Source of the DNA: Trichoplax adhaerens
Lineage: Eukaryota > Animalia > Placozoa
Reading direction: 5' to 3'
Assembly: GCF_000150275.1 (NCBI RefSeq)
Contig: NW_002060946.1
Location: 7,843,494 to 7,907,493, forward strand
DNA length: 64,000 bases
The notes below the pieces were generated by a model. That model made no database searches. It was not told the origin of the DNA and saw only the letters and a list, made by a program, of their open reading frames with translations. Shown piece by piece: positions 1 through 12,452 of this stretch; the first letter of the stretch is position 1; each line of letters begins with the position of its first letter. The translations under genes were made by a program, and so were the position numbers.

Positions 1-277
1 TAATATCTAGTTCAGTAAATGATTCCAAAGTTAATCGTACTAACTGTGACTCATGAACTATAGAGGAATAGTATATAAATGCAGTATATTGTGTAATAAA
101 GTGGATTCTCAAACTTGGTGTTTAACGTAAAATACGAGGCGCCTAAGTCTTAGTGTAGTCTGCTAGTAGAGTAAAAGTGTTTTTGATAGAGCAGATATCG
201 TTCCTTAATACGTGGTTCAAGGAATTGACTTATTGATCGTGCATTACGTTATCTTGTTGCAAAGCTGTTTTGTGACA
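1..277 (+). mobile_element. 3' part of solo-LTR-like element (family A), mirror copy of 9085-9713
   Basis: Ends ...gctgttttgtgACA followed by aatgg, the reverse complement of the CCATT TSD. Contains tatataaa (~72-79) and aataaa (~95-100). Confidence 0.8.
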
Positions 278-1871
278 AATGGTATGAAAGAATCAATTCT
301 AGACGATTTTACCTTTGAATTAGCTAACTATCTGTACGCTTAAACTGCAGTAATTGCTTTGAATTATATACCAAATTATGTTTCTGATCCTTTTAAACTT
401 ATCAAATAGAAACTGTTTCATACTGTATTATCAATGGAATTGGATAGACGAGGAAAAATCAAAACGCAACTTTTTCATAAAAATTTAGAGGATTGGAAGC
501 AAGATATTTAACAAGCAAATATAATAGGCTTGACGTTTAACCTGATGGCCGATTCATTAATAAGTATTAAATCAAAGTGGTGCATAACTGAACATACTAG
601 CATTTGATAATTAGATCATTTCACCCTCATCATGTACTGTACATCATACAAATCTGTTATGATTTTGATAGTGCCTGTAGTCAGTAACTCGAGTTAGGTG
701 TTTATTGAACTGTGAGCGCAAATAGTCAGAGTGAGTCATAATCCCCGTCGGGCTTTTAAGGCATCGAATATCGATCATAAGAGAATCATTAAAGTCAACC
801 ATATAGCCAAATATCTAGAAATATAGATGCAAAGGTGATATATTTACCCCTAAATCGCTACCAACGACTTAATTTGCTTTTTTTTATTAATAGTATGTAC
901 GGTAATCAGCTCTGATTACTGGTAAACTGACTATTTTTATTAAACTTTACTGTGAGTAGTGATGTAACTCATTGCAACTGTTGCATGATCAAGAATTCTA
1001 AAATATTGATTAATTACCGTAATTTATACTTGATATTGCCTGTGAGTGCTGAAGGTATTTGCAGTGGAAAAAAATTAATGTAGCTGCAAACTAATAAATG
1101 GTAGATTAAAAACTGCCGATGATATTAGATATCACCATTTAGGAGGTTAGAGTGATTAAAAATTTTGTTTAAGTAACTGATTACAGAACTATTTTCTCCT
1201 TTTCTTCCAATCGCTTTTATCAATACTCATTAACCCTGGAATAAATAAAAAATTTGTAGACAGCTCATTAAATTCACCTTTATTGGTATCACTCATGATC
1301 ATAAGCATAAATCGGTATCAAAAATGATTTATTTGAATTAATATAATAGATTCAAACTGTTTCTACAATTACTAAAGATATTAATTGTAACCTGGACATA
1401 ATTTTATAGACTAGAAAAATAGGCAATTTGATGTCCTTATTTATATTAAATTCATCGAAACCATAGCAGCTAAATTAAACATTATTAATATTCTTAACCG
1501 AAAAAATCGTAACTTGTATGTTCATTTTACTATACTTCATATAAAAAAATTTTCATGTTTCCTATACTTTCTCATTTGATTTATATATATAATTGTATTC
1601 TGTGAATTATGACTTTATGAAGACCCAGAAAAATTCAATTCTTTTAGATTACTTTTTGATTGACATCATTCATTTATTAAGAAATTGCGTTTCTATTTAC
1701 TTTTTGTAATAATAGAATTCTTAGCTATATAGTATTAAAAATATTTTGCAGTTCTTTAATAGAAATCTTTAACTCATCTAATCAGTTTTATAACAATTTA
1801 GCGTAGATAGGAGTAGATATTCGTATCTTATCTTGGAATAGCAATGTATTTATAAGCATATATTTGTGCAA

Positions 1872-1930
1872 ATATATGCTATATACATATACAATATATG
1901 CTATATACATATACAATATATGCTATATAC
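1872..1930. repeat. 22-bp tandem repeat (aatatatgctatatacatatac) x~2.7; mirrored at ~7432-7490
   Basis: Read directly from the sequence. Confidence 0.9.
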
Positions 1931-4900
1931 GGTGGCATATTCTGTCTGAACTTGTTATTATAACACAGCGTATAGCCTTTATATATATTGAATATAGCAC
2001 TAAACTAAAGTAGCTCACCTAGAGGAAAAATAACTATGTTGAACTACCTTAATTGTGGCATGATTATCGATAGATAAAGAATATTGGTACATATTAGTAT
2101 GTTGCCTGGGAAATCAGATAATATATAGTTTTTATTGAAGATAAAGATGCTGACTGTAGGATTTGGTACATAAAAATGCATATACAGAACAAAGAAGCCT
2201 ACAATATTACGTAATGAATAAATGAAAGGTCAAATTAGCTACGTTTGCAGTGAGTACGAAAATTTTAAGCATATTTTGATTCGATTTAACTTTAAAAATC
2301 ACAAAAAGGAATAATTCAATTTACTCTGTAGTAACCAAATCTAGTTATCTTAATTGACAGCCGGGAAAGTTTAAAATTAAGGCATAGATTAATTGTGAAA
2401 GCGCCGAAGCAGAAGAAAGCAAATTCTTCCTTCTTGAATTAAAAAGAGTTAACGGATCAAAAAATTAATAACTAGTTACTTACTATCACATTGAAAAAAC
2501 TAGTCTAGCAAAACTGTGTAATTCTCTTGTTGTTAGCCGGTAGAACTGTGCCGCCATTAACATGCTTGATTTTGCTTTCATTGATATTTCGCTAAAGAAT
2601 AAAAATTTTTAATTGCTCTCAAATTAGTAAAGTAATGAATCATGTAAGCTTAGTCAGATTATATTCTAGAGTCTACGGATAACTAAACTAACGATCAAAT
2701 CATAAGTAAGTCGGTTTAATCAGCGACTGCAGTAAACATTACAGAAATGAAACACTAAGAAAACCTACTAATATCTAGCAGTCAAGACTTAAATAAAGCA
2801 TTTGGGTTTATATTGTAGTTATATTCCAAGTTAAGGTATAAATTCTAATGTAATCTTCTACAAATTCATTATCTTTAAATATTTACATTGCAATCCTAGA
2901 TCTATCTAGTTTACCACTACTTCATCTACTTTAAATATATAGAGGAAAAATCCTGAAATTAACTTCAATAGAATAATACATTAAAATAAGAAAATACTCG
3001 AACTGAAATTCTATCGTCTAGATCATCATTTTCAACATGATTAGCCATAAATAAAGCAATTTAAATGTGAGACGATGATATTATAATGCTCTCTTAATAT
3101 TTTACATGAACGCTAGCTACATTGCCGTATTTTTAAAATAGATTGATTATAAAGTAGACGATGGGCAAATTACGTAAGAAACCTAATCTAAATGAAGAGA
3201 ATGGATCGATTTCAGCTTGTAAAGTTGAATTTTCGATCGATTACTCATCACGTGAAATCTAGAGACTTTTATTATAGCAGATATATTATCCACATATGAC
3301 GAAAACTTATACCGATTTCATAGCAACTTAAATCCGACGGAGCTTCTAACCAGACTTTGATGCCCTTTATTACCGAAGGTGTGCTTAGATTTGGTAATAA
3401 CTATTTAATATTTATTAAATAGCAGCGGATAATTTAATGTATTAGTAATGACGATGAAGTCATTATTTTTATGGTAAATATGTCTGTCACAATTTCACTT
3501 CTGCGACAAGGTAACGTACAGTAAAAGTCTAGAAGTAGCTGCTGACTTAAACGCCCTTTTACTTAACGTTAAACACACACAGCAAAAGACTGTAAAGATA
3601 AAACTTTTATTAGCAAAGATACATCTACAACTTTTTACCACCCCACTCAACTCAAATGTTCCCGTTTATATAGGAACCGTCTAATTTGTAATCAACAACA
3701 GTATTATTATTATACCTTACTAGGAGAAACATCTCGAACTGAGATGTTCATTTCATAGCTTTTCTATCAGTAAATATTTTGAATCTCTTACTCATACTTA
3801 ATCTTAATCTAAGCTCTTAGGTTGTCTAATTCAACTATCATCAACTAGAACTTGAATCATCTTACTGCTATCTATCACACAATAACAATCAATATCAAAT
3901 ATGTAATGAACTATTACAAACAACATCTACCTTAAGGCATTATTTACCTTGCCTAGCACTACAAATATGGATATTCTCCATACTAGCTACTACTGTACTT
4001 ATTAAACTATCCTGATGACAAGGCAACACCGTAATAATGTCTTTATTCATAATTTTGGGGTTATGTCCATTAATTTCTGGATCTAATATACTTTGATGCC
4101 AAAAGGAGCTGGAGAAAAGAACGAATAATTAAAAAAAATATGAGAAGATTCTCTTTACATTTTCGCCAATTACGTATTTCTATAATAAAATTATTCAATA
4201 TTGCTTTGTGTTTATTATAACAATAGCAATCCAATCTATCTCATATATAAAAGGCGATTAGCAATAGAATTGAAGGAAAGACGTCAAAAATTCTCAATAA
4301 GATTGTAGATTACTGGTACATTAAGTGCCTACTATCTTAATGCCAAATTTATGTAAAATTATTATGAAATCAGTGGCGTTAAATATGATAATAATCATAA
4401 TAAATGAAAATATACTAAAGAAATTGTAACAGTTGAATAATCAAAACATGTTTACAAAAAAATAACTATTTTGATTGGGTCAATTTGTAGCTGACTAAAT
4501 ATTATAAGTTATGTTAACTCCTAGATAATATTTATCGATTGCTTTGCTTTTTTAATAAATTCTTATGCTAGTATTTAAATATACAACTGATTATTAGGAC
4601 GATCATCGATATCAAAATGCCTTATTAATGCGATTGAAAAAATGACTTAGTTTTCATAGACTAATTATAAAATTTGTGCTACATCAGACATTACGCCTTT
4701 AAGTAGAAGTTTATCATGTTTTAATTTTTAATATCGGAATTGCAACTAAGTAAGCAATTTAAACCATTCAATTTTTTTATTAATATCGGCAAATCATATT
4801 AAGATAATTTATGTGGCAAGAAGAAATTGATACATATGCAACTATCCCAATTCTATGAAATTCTAAGAAGTTTGTAGTGAGCCTATATTTAAGAATTATG

Positions 4901-5416
4901 AAGTATATTCTGTTATGGAACGTAATTCTTTCAAAATGATTTCTCAATAAAGAACCAAATTATAGTGATGGTAGTTTATTATATAGCAACATTTATCGCA
5001 TTATTTTAAGGTAGTTATCTAGGGTTGATAATTACGTATTACAGTACGTCTATTAGTTAAAGCGATAATGCTTCAATCATACACATCAGCTCAAAATCTG
5101 TAAGGTATTATTTCCGAATAACTATTTGTATAATTAGGGGAAAATGAAACCGTAATTGATTGGTCATAGTAATATTTATGGCGGGGCTAATGGTTATTTC
5201 AATGATGATAATAAATTAATACACAAATGCAAGTTCTGTTTACAGCTTTTTGTCATAGCTGTAAGCAATAAATTTTTTAATTTTACGTGTCGGGCTTGCA
5301 GTCGTGCCATAAACATATACCGGTATCGATTTTTATTTCAATTAATTGATATTTAAAATATAGAATTGATGAAATTTGAAATAGAAGCCTAAAATATTAG
5401 AGCACATTATCAGCAT

Positions 5417-6467
5417 TTAATTGACAGTATAGCGGGTTTGTGCTTCTCCAGCATAGCCAGTAGATTTAAATGCGGAACGAAATTTCTTATTAAAACCGGC
5501 ATATATGATTGGATTGGCAACTGCATTAACATAACTTAATAGATGACATATTGCATACATAACATAAAAATGAGGTGTTGTGGCAAATGGTAAAACTCGA
5601 AAAGCAATAATAAAGAAACAGCAATATAAGGGTAACCAGCATGCTACAAATAACATTGTAATGACCAGCATCATTTTTATCGAGGAACGAGCAGCAGCAT
5701 TATAGAATACTCGATTCTTCTTCAATAAATTGTTTTTGGATTCTCCTAGCCATCGCAAATAAGCAATTACGCGTAGATAGATGGTTATAGTTATCATAAG
5801 AGGCAAGATGAAAAGAAAGACAAAAGTACTTGGCACATAAATTTCAGATCCAGTTAGAGTAATAAAATTCATGTAACATATTGGTTGTTCTGGAGATGTT
5901 TCATCATCGTAGCGTGTTAAAATAAAGCTAGTTAATGAACAAATGAAACCTAAGATAAATATACCAACTAACATCAGTGCTTTCCGTTTTTGATTGCCAC
6001 GATATTCAAGTGAACAAGCTACAGCCCGATAACGATCTATGCCTATTGCAGTCATGGTAAAGACTGACCCTGTTGCGAAAAATGCTGGTAGCGGCTTAAA
6101 CAAGTGACATAAGACTCTTCCAAAGGGGAAGTAACATAATAAATCTTCAGCTATTGTGAAAGGTAGGGTTAATATTACAACAAAAATATCGTAAATGGAC
6201 AGGCTTGCTATTAATGTATATGTTAAGGAGGACATCGAACCATGGCGATTTTGATAAACAGTTCGAACGACCATTAAATTGCCTAAAACACCAGTAACTA
6301 ATATCATAGCGCCTATTACAATGATAATAATTTGAAATGTTAACTTATATGGACCAAAATGAGTTAGACATTGAAATGGCTGGGTTGTACTATTGAAGCT
6401 GTTGTTAGTCTTTATCGCCGGTGTCGCGTTGAAATTATAAACTGGATAGGATGTCGATGTAATGGAA
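5417..6467 (-). CDS. Class A (rhodopsin-like) peptide-receptor-like GPCR, intronless in the visible part, 5' end lost in the N gap
   Basis: GN (TM1), LSIYD (TM2), FPFGxxxC, DRY, CWLP and NPIIY motifs. The frame stays open upstream of Met 6307 to the gap (SITSTSYPVYNFNATPAIKTNNSFNSTTQPFQC...), giving an N-terminus with N-glycosylation sequons. Confidence 0.93.
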
Positions 6468-6517
6468 NNNNNNNNNNNNNNNNNNNNNNNNNNNNNNNNN
6501 NNNNNNNNNNNNNNNNN
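6468..6517. other. Assembly gap (50 N)
   Basis: Run of N bases. Confidence 1.
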
Positions 6518-9361
6518 TTTATACCTTAACTTGGAATATAACTACAATATAAACCCAAATGCTTTATTTAAGTCTTGACTGCTAGATATTAGTAGGTTTT
6601 CTTAGTGTTTCATTTCTGTAATGTTTACTGCAGTCGCTGATTAAACCGACTTACTTATGATTTGATCGTTAGTTTAGTTATCCGTAGACTCTAGAATATA
6701 ATCTGACTAAGCTTACATGATTCATAACTTTACTAATTTGAGAGCAATTAAAAATTTTCATTCTTTAGCGAAATATCAATGAAAGCAAAATCAAGCATCT
6801 TAATGGCGGCACAGTTCTACCGGCTAACAACAAGAGAACTACACAGTTTTGCTAGACTAGTTTTTTCAATGTGATAGTAAGTAACTAGTTATTAATTTTT
6901 TGATCCGTTAACGCTTTTTAATTCAAGAAGAAAGAATTTGCTTCCTTCTGCTTCGGCGCTTTCACAATTAATCTATGCCTTAATTTTAAACTTTCCCGGC
7001 TGTCAATTAAGATAACTAGATTTGGTTACTACAGAGTAAATTGAATTATTCCTTTTTGTGATTTATATAAAGTTAAATCGAATCAAAATATGCTTAAAAT
7101 TTTCGTACTCACTGCAAACGTAGCTAATTTGACCTTTCATTTATTCATTACGTAATATTGTAGGCTTCTTTGTTCTGTATATGTATTTTTGTGTACCAAA
7201 TCCTACAGTCAGCATCTTTATCTTCAATAAAAACTATATATTATCTGATTTCCCAGGCAACATACTAATATGTACCAATATTCTTTATCTATCGATAATC
7301 ATGCCACAATTAAGGTAGTTCAACATAGTTATTTTTCCTCTAGGTGAGCTACTTTAGTTTAGTGCTATATTCAATATATATAAAGGCTATACGCTGTGTT
7401 ATAATAACAAGTTCAGACAGAATATGCCACCGTATATAGCATATATTGTATATGTATATAGCATATATTGTATATGTATATAGCATATATTTGCACAAAT
7501 ATATGCTTATAAATACATTGCTATTCCAAGATAAGATACGAATATCTACTCCTATCTACGCTAAATTGTTATAAAACTGATTAGATGAGTTAAAGATTTC
7601 TATTAAAGAACTGCAAAATATTTTTAATACTATATAGCTAAGAATTCTATTATTACAAAAAGTAAATAGAAACGCAATTTCTTAATAAATGAATGATGTC
7701 AATCAAAAAGTAATCTAAAAGAATTGAATTTTTCTGGGTCTTCATAAAGTCATAATTCACAGAATACAATTATATATATAAATCAAATGAGAAAGTATAG
7801 GAAACATGAAAATTTTTTTATATGAAGTATAGTAAAATGAACATACAAGTTACGATTTTTTCGGTTAAGAATATTAATAATGTTTAATTTAGCTGCTATG
7901 GTTTCGATGAATTTAATATAAATAAGGACATCAAATTGCCTTGTTTTCTAGTCTATAAAATTATGTCCAGGTTACAATTAATATCTTTAGTAATTGTAGA
8001 AACAGTTTGAATCTATTATATTAATTTAAATAAATCATTTTTGATACCGATTTATGCTTATGATCATGAGTGATACCAATAAAGGTGAATTTAATGAGCT
8101 GTCTACAAATTTTTTATTTATTCCAGGGTTAATGAGTATTGATAAAAGCGATTGGAAAAAAAGGAGAAAATAGTTCTGTAATCAGTTACTTAAACGAAAT
8201 TTTTAATCACTCTAACCTCCTAAATGTTGATATCTAATATCATCGGCAGTTTTTAATCTCCTATTTATTAGTTTGCAGCTACATTAATTTTTTTCCACTG
8301 CAAATACCTTTAGCACTCACAGGCAATATCAAGTATAAATTACGGTAATTAATCAATATTTTAGAATTCTTGATCATGCAACGGTTGCAATGAGTTACAT
8401 CACTACTCACAGTAAAGTTTAATAAAAATAGTCAGTTTAGCAGTAATCAGAGCTGATTACCGTACATACTATTAATAAAAAAAAGCAAATTAAGTCGTTG
8501 GTAGCGATTTAGGGGTAAATATATCACCTTTGCATCTATATTTCTAGATATTTGGCTATATGGTTGACTTTAATGATTCTCTTATGATCGATATTCGATG
8601 CCTTAAAAGCCCGACGGGGATTATGACTCACTCTGACTATTTGCGCTCACAGTTCAATAAACACCTAACTCGAGTTACTGACTACAGGCACTATCAAAAT
8701 CATAACAGATTTGTATGATGTACAGTACATGATGAGGGTGAAATGATCTAATTATCAAATGCTAGTATGTTCAGTTATGCACCACTTTGATTTAATACTT
8801 ATTAATGAATCGGCCATCAGGTTAAACGTCAAGCCTATTATATTTGCTTGTTAAATATCTTGCTTCCAATCCTCTAAATTTTTATGAAAAAGTTGCGTTT
8901 TGATTTTTCCTCGTCTATCCAATTCCATTGATAATACAGTATGAAACAGTTTCTATTTGATAAGTTTAAAAGGATCAGAAACATAATTTGGTATATAATT
9001 CAAAGCAATTACTGCAGTTTAAGCGTACAGATAGTTAGCTAATTCAAAGGTAAAATCGTCTAGAATTGATTCTTTCATACCATTTGTCACAAAACAGCTT
9101 TGCAACAAGATAACGTAATGCACGATCAATAAGTCAATTCCTTGAACCACGTATTAAGGAACGATATCTGCTCTATCAAAAACACTTTTACTCTACTAGC
9201 AGACTACACTAAGACTTAGGCGCCTCGTATTTTACGTTAAACACCAAGTTTGAGAATCCACTTTATTACACAATATACTGCATTTATATACTATTCCTCT
9301 ATAGTTCATGAGTCACAGTTAGTACGATTAACTTTGGAATCATTTACTGAACTAGATATTA
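6518..9361 (-). repeat. Right arm of inverted duplication of 1-2842, starting exactly at the gap edge
   Basis: Reverse-complement identity to 1-2842, about 99% by eye. Confidence 0.97.
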
Positions 9362-9713
9362 ATTATAGCTACTGCTCCTTAATGCAGACAGCAGTATTTA
9401 CGAACATAGACATCTGGTGACTAATACAGAATAGTCAGATTACGATATGTCCTATCATGGAACATTTCCACGATAATTTACAATCTACCATAAGTAAATT
9501 ACAATCACAATGATTCGAAGTGTAAGTAGATGATTTGCATTCCCTATTATAACTATTAATTTCAGTACGTGTATATGTGTCACTATCATAAAAATTCAGT
9601 GCTATATTAAAACACAGTATATCCAAATTAGAAGTTAGCTAAATAAGGATAGGCTAACAGAATTATCCTAACATAGCTATTTCTACTCTTATGCAACATA
9701 TAACACTGTCACA
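9085..9713 (-). mobile_element. Solo-LTR-like element (family A, 629 bp) with 5-bp TSD CCATT
   Basis: ccatt|TGTCACAAAAC ... CACTGTCACA|ccatt. TG..CA termini. TATA-like motif then AATAAA on the - strand. Homologous copies at 40916-41550 and 40328-40792. Confidence 0.85.
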
Positions 9714-11480
9714 CCATTTATCGTATATACCAAAGCAGCAATGAATTTACCATTAGAATTTTTTATTAATTTTAAATTTCTTAACTCCAATAAAGATTGT
9801 CATTTGTCTCTTTAATCATGGTAATTAATTTCTACTTACCATCTATTGGTAATTTTCTAATTTGCTACATTGATTGGTTCTCATTGATCACCAAAATTTT
9901 GCCAGAAGCAGATCTATCTTATTTTGACTGTTAAATTTTGAGCACGGTCTCATTCAAATCATTGTGCCCATCCTGAATGTTTTCATAGCCTTTAATTAAT
10001 AGTAATAAGGCTTTCTTTTCCGTGCATTTTCTCACATGCAATAAATCTAATCTCTTTAATAGATTCCTTTTCTGAAAATTTCAATGTGATGGTAATAATT
10101 GATTATATTCATTGTGTTTCTTGAAAGTTGCTATATAAATTTTCATTTACATTCGTTACCCTAATTTATTTTCAAGTTCTGCTTTTGTGGATTTGTACAT
10201 CTTTGTCGTACATTAATTATTAATATTATCAGCTATAATACTCAGCTGCGTAATAGGACTCTTGTATATTATATTCTTAATTTAGGCTCTACTTAAAGTA
10301 ACACGTTACAGTCGATAGTTTAAGATACAGATCTTACGGTGAGTAACCTCTTATGGGAACATTGCCATCTTTGTTCAACGCCTGCTACTATAACAGCACA
10401 TATAACTCCGTCTGTTTTGGATAAGGAGCATATACTGTACTTGAATGAAACCGAATGAGAGTGTTGCTAACATTTCTAACAAATACTTTTTCTGTTTTTT
10501 TTTGTTGAACAGTCACAATAACTTTCTTATTTAAATTTAAAATAATTATTATAAAAATGCATAGGCGCATTGATTACATCTACTTCATAGCATTCTTGCT
10601 TTGTGTATTTTTCAATACAATACCTAAAGCAACCTATGCAACTATTAAATTAACGTGCCTATGTGACTTTAATTCAATAGAAATGCATGCATTATATGAA
10701 AACTCTATTCAGCAGTGTTACCGATACTGCTAAAGCTCAAAACAATATAATCTAAAATAATATTTACCATCAACCTTTGATACATCATATCGTACTGGAA
10801 TAGCATACGATCCAAAAAGTTTATTATGGATAGCATTTTTAATAACTATTAGTAAAATTGCAGGTATTATAATCAATATTCATTCAATGCATTATAAAAA
10901 AATTCAACTGTCATGCACATATTAAATGTCGGCAGTCATAATAATGACAATGTCATATTTAAACTCATCAATTCAAATTATAGTTATTTTATTAAGGCAT
11001 ATTAACGCTAATTAAATAGCCAGACGATCGGGTTGGACAAGTGATAACAGCATATTCTTAAATCGAGAACTATGTTATTGTAATTATGGCTAATAGAATA
11101 ATTAACTGGATAATAATACCTTCAAAGACAATGATAATAATTATATTTCGTATAATTTCTGTTTTATGTAGAAAAAATTAGAAATAATTTAACCTTGTCT
11201 AGTTTCTGTAGGTTTTCAATTCTTTATGCAATATTTTACTATTCTTTATAATAAAATTACTGGATTGTAAGTGCAAATGTTTCACCTTTACTCAGATACA
11301 TTTATAAACAATTTCTAAATTCTTCATTGATCAAGTTGTAATAGGTTTAACAATTTTTCAAAGTTAAGTGTACCTGTTATCGAACCGAAACATCATCCTT
11401 CAAGTAAACACACTCTATCATAACTGTGCTGCGTTGATTTGAATATTGCAATCTACTTAAAAATGATAGTACTTTAGCCA

Positions 11481-12452
11481 ATGATGGATAATATGAACAA
11501 CAGTCATACTACTACACTTTATATCTTTTCAACTTCGTCTCCCGTGGAAGAAAGCTTTTTTCCACTTTACTTCTATGTGATTATCATCACTGTAGCTACA
11601 ATCATTTTTTTGGGTGGACTGGTTGGCAATATCTTGGTGATCTACATTATAATGAAAAACAGCAATGGTAGGATGCAGTCAACATTCCACTATTTAGTAG
11701 CATCACTATCGTGTTACGATGTATTGGTGGTGTTAATTTCAATGCCTCAAACTTTGACCTACGATTTAACGCTAAAATGGCCATTTGGACGCACAGCTTG
11801 CTATATAAATTTTAATCTTCCTGTGTTATTCGCTTGTGGCTCAGTTTTCACCATGGTAGCTATAGCTTTAGATCGTTATAGGAGTATAAGAACAATTTTT
11901 ACGTTCTTAACTTTCACAAAATTAAAGAAGCTCATAGTTATATTTATAATATTTTGCCTATCTTTTCTATGCATGTTACCATGTTGTTTATATACTCGTT
12001 ATTTGGACGATACTAATTTTCCTCAATGTGGAGTGATATTTTCGCCAGATCCTTTCGTAGCTAACGTCAGTTATGTTTTATTTCTAACAATGATCGTATT
12101 AATTATTCCATTTATAACAATCCTATTCCTTTATGGTGGCCTTATTTATTCACTTAATAAAGTTAGACATCGAATATTTGATTCAACGTTAGCGCAAAAT
12201 ATTTATAACACCGCAGCGAAACAAAGCACCCAAATGTTAGTTTTAATCGTCACAACTTTTATCTTGACCTGGTTACCACTTTTTGCATGCTTCATCGTCG
12301 CTGCTTTTAGTAAAATTTCATCGGATCATATCAAAACGTTTCGTATGATCTATACAACTAGCCATTTAATAAGCTACAGCAACAGCATCATTAATCCGAT
12401 CGTCTATGCAATTTATAGTAGAACTTTCTTAAAAAATTATAACCATCACTAA
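11481..12452 (+). CDS. Class A peptide-receptor-like GPCR, intronless (323 aa)
   Basis: Seven hydrophobic segments; GN, LSCYD, WPFGxxxC, DRY, TWLP and NPIVY motifs. Paralog of the 5417 and 22433 genes. Confidence 0.95.
   Translation: MMDNMNNSHTTTLYIFSTSSPVEESFFPLYFYVIIITVATIIFLGGLVGNILVIYIIMKNSNGRMQSTFHYLVASLSCYDVLVVLISMPQTLTYDLTLKWPFGRTACYINFNLPVLFACGSVFTMVAIALDRYRSIRTIFTFLTFTKLKKLIVIFIIFCLSFLCMLPCCLYTRYLDDTNFPQCGVIFSPDPFVANVSYVLFLTMIVLIIPFITILFLYGGLIYSLNKVRHRIFDSTLAQNIYNTAAKQSTQMLVLIVTTFILTWLPLFACFIVAAFSKISSDHIKTFRMIYTTSHLISYSNSIINPIVYAIYSRTFLKNYNHH

Larger units (their letters stand above)
1..2842 (+). repeat. Left arm of near-identical inverted duplication (partner 6518-9361); probably continues left of the window
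   Basis: Base 1 'taatatctagttcagtaaatg' is the reverse complement of 9341-9361, and 2821-2842 is the reverse complement of 6518-6539. Colinear throughout, with scattered SNPs and a 2-bp indel near 2295/7065. Confidence 0.97.
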
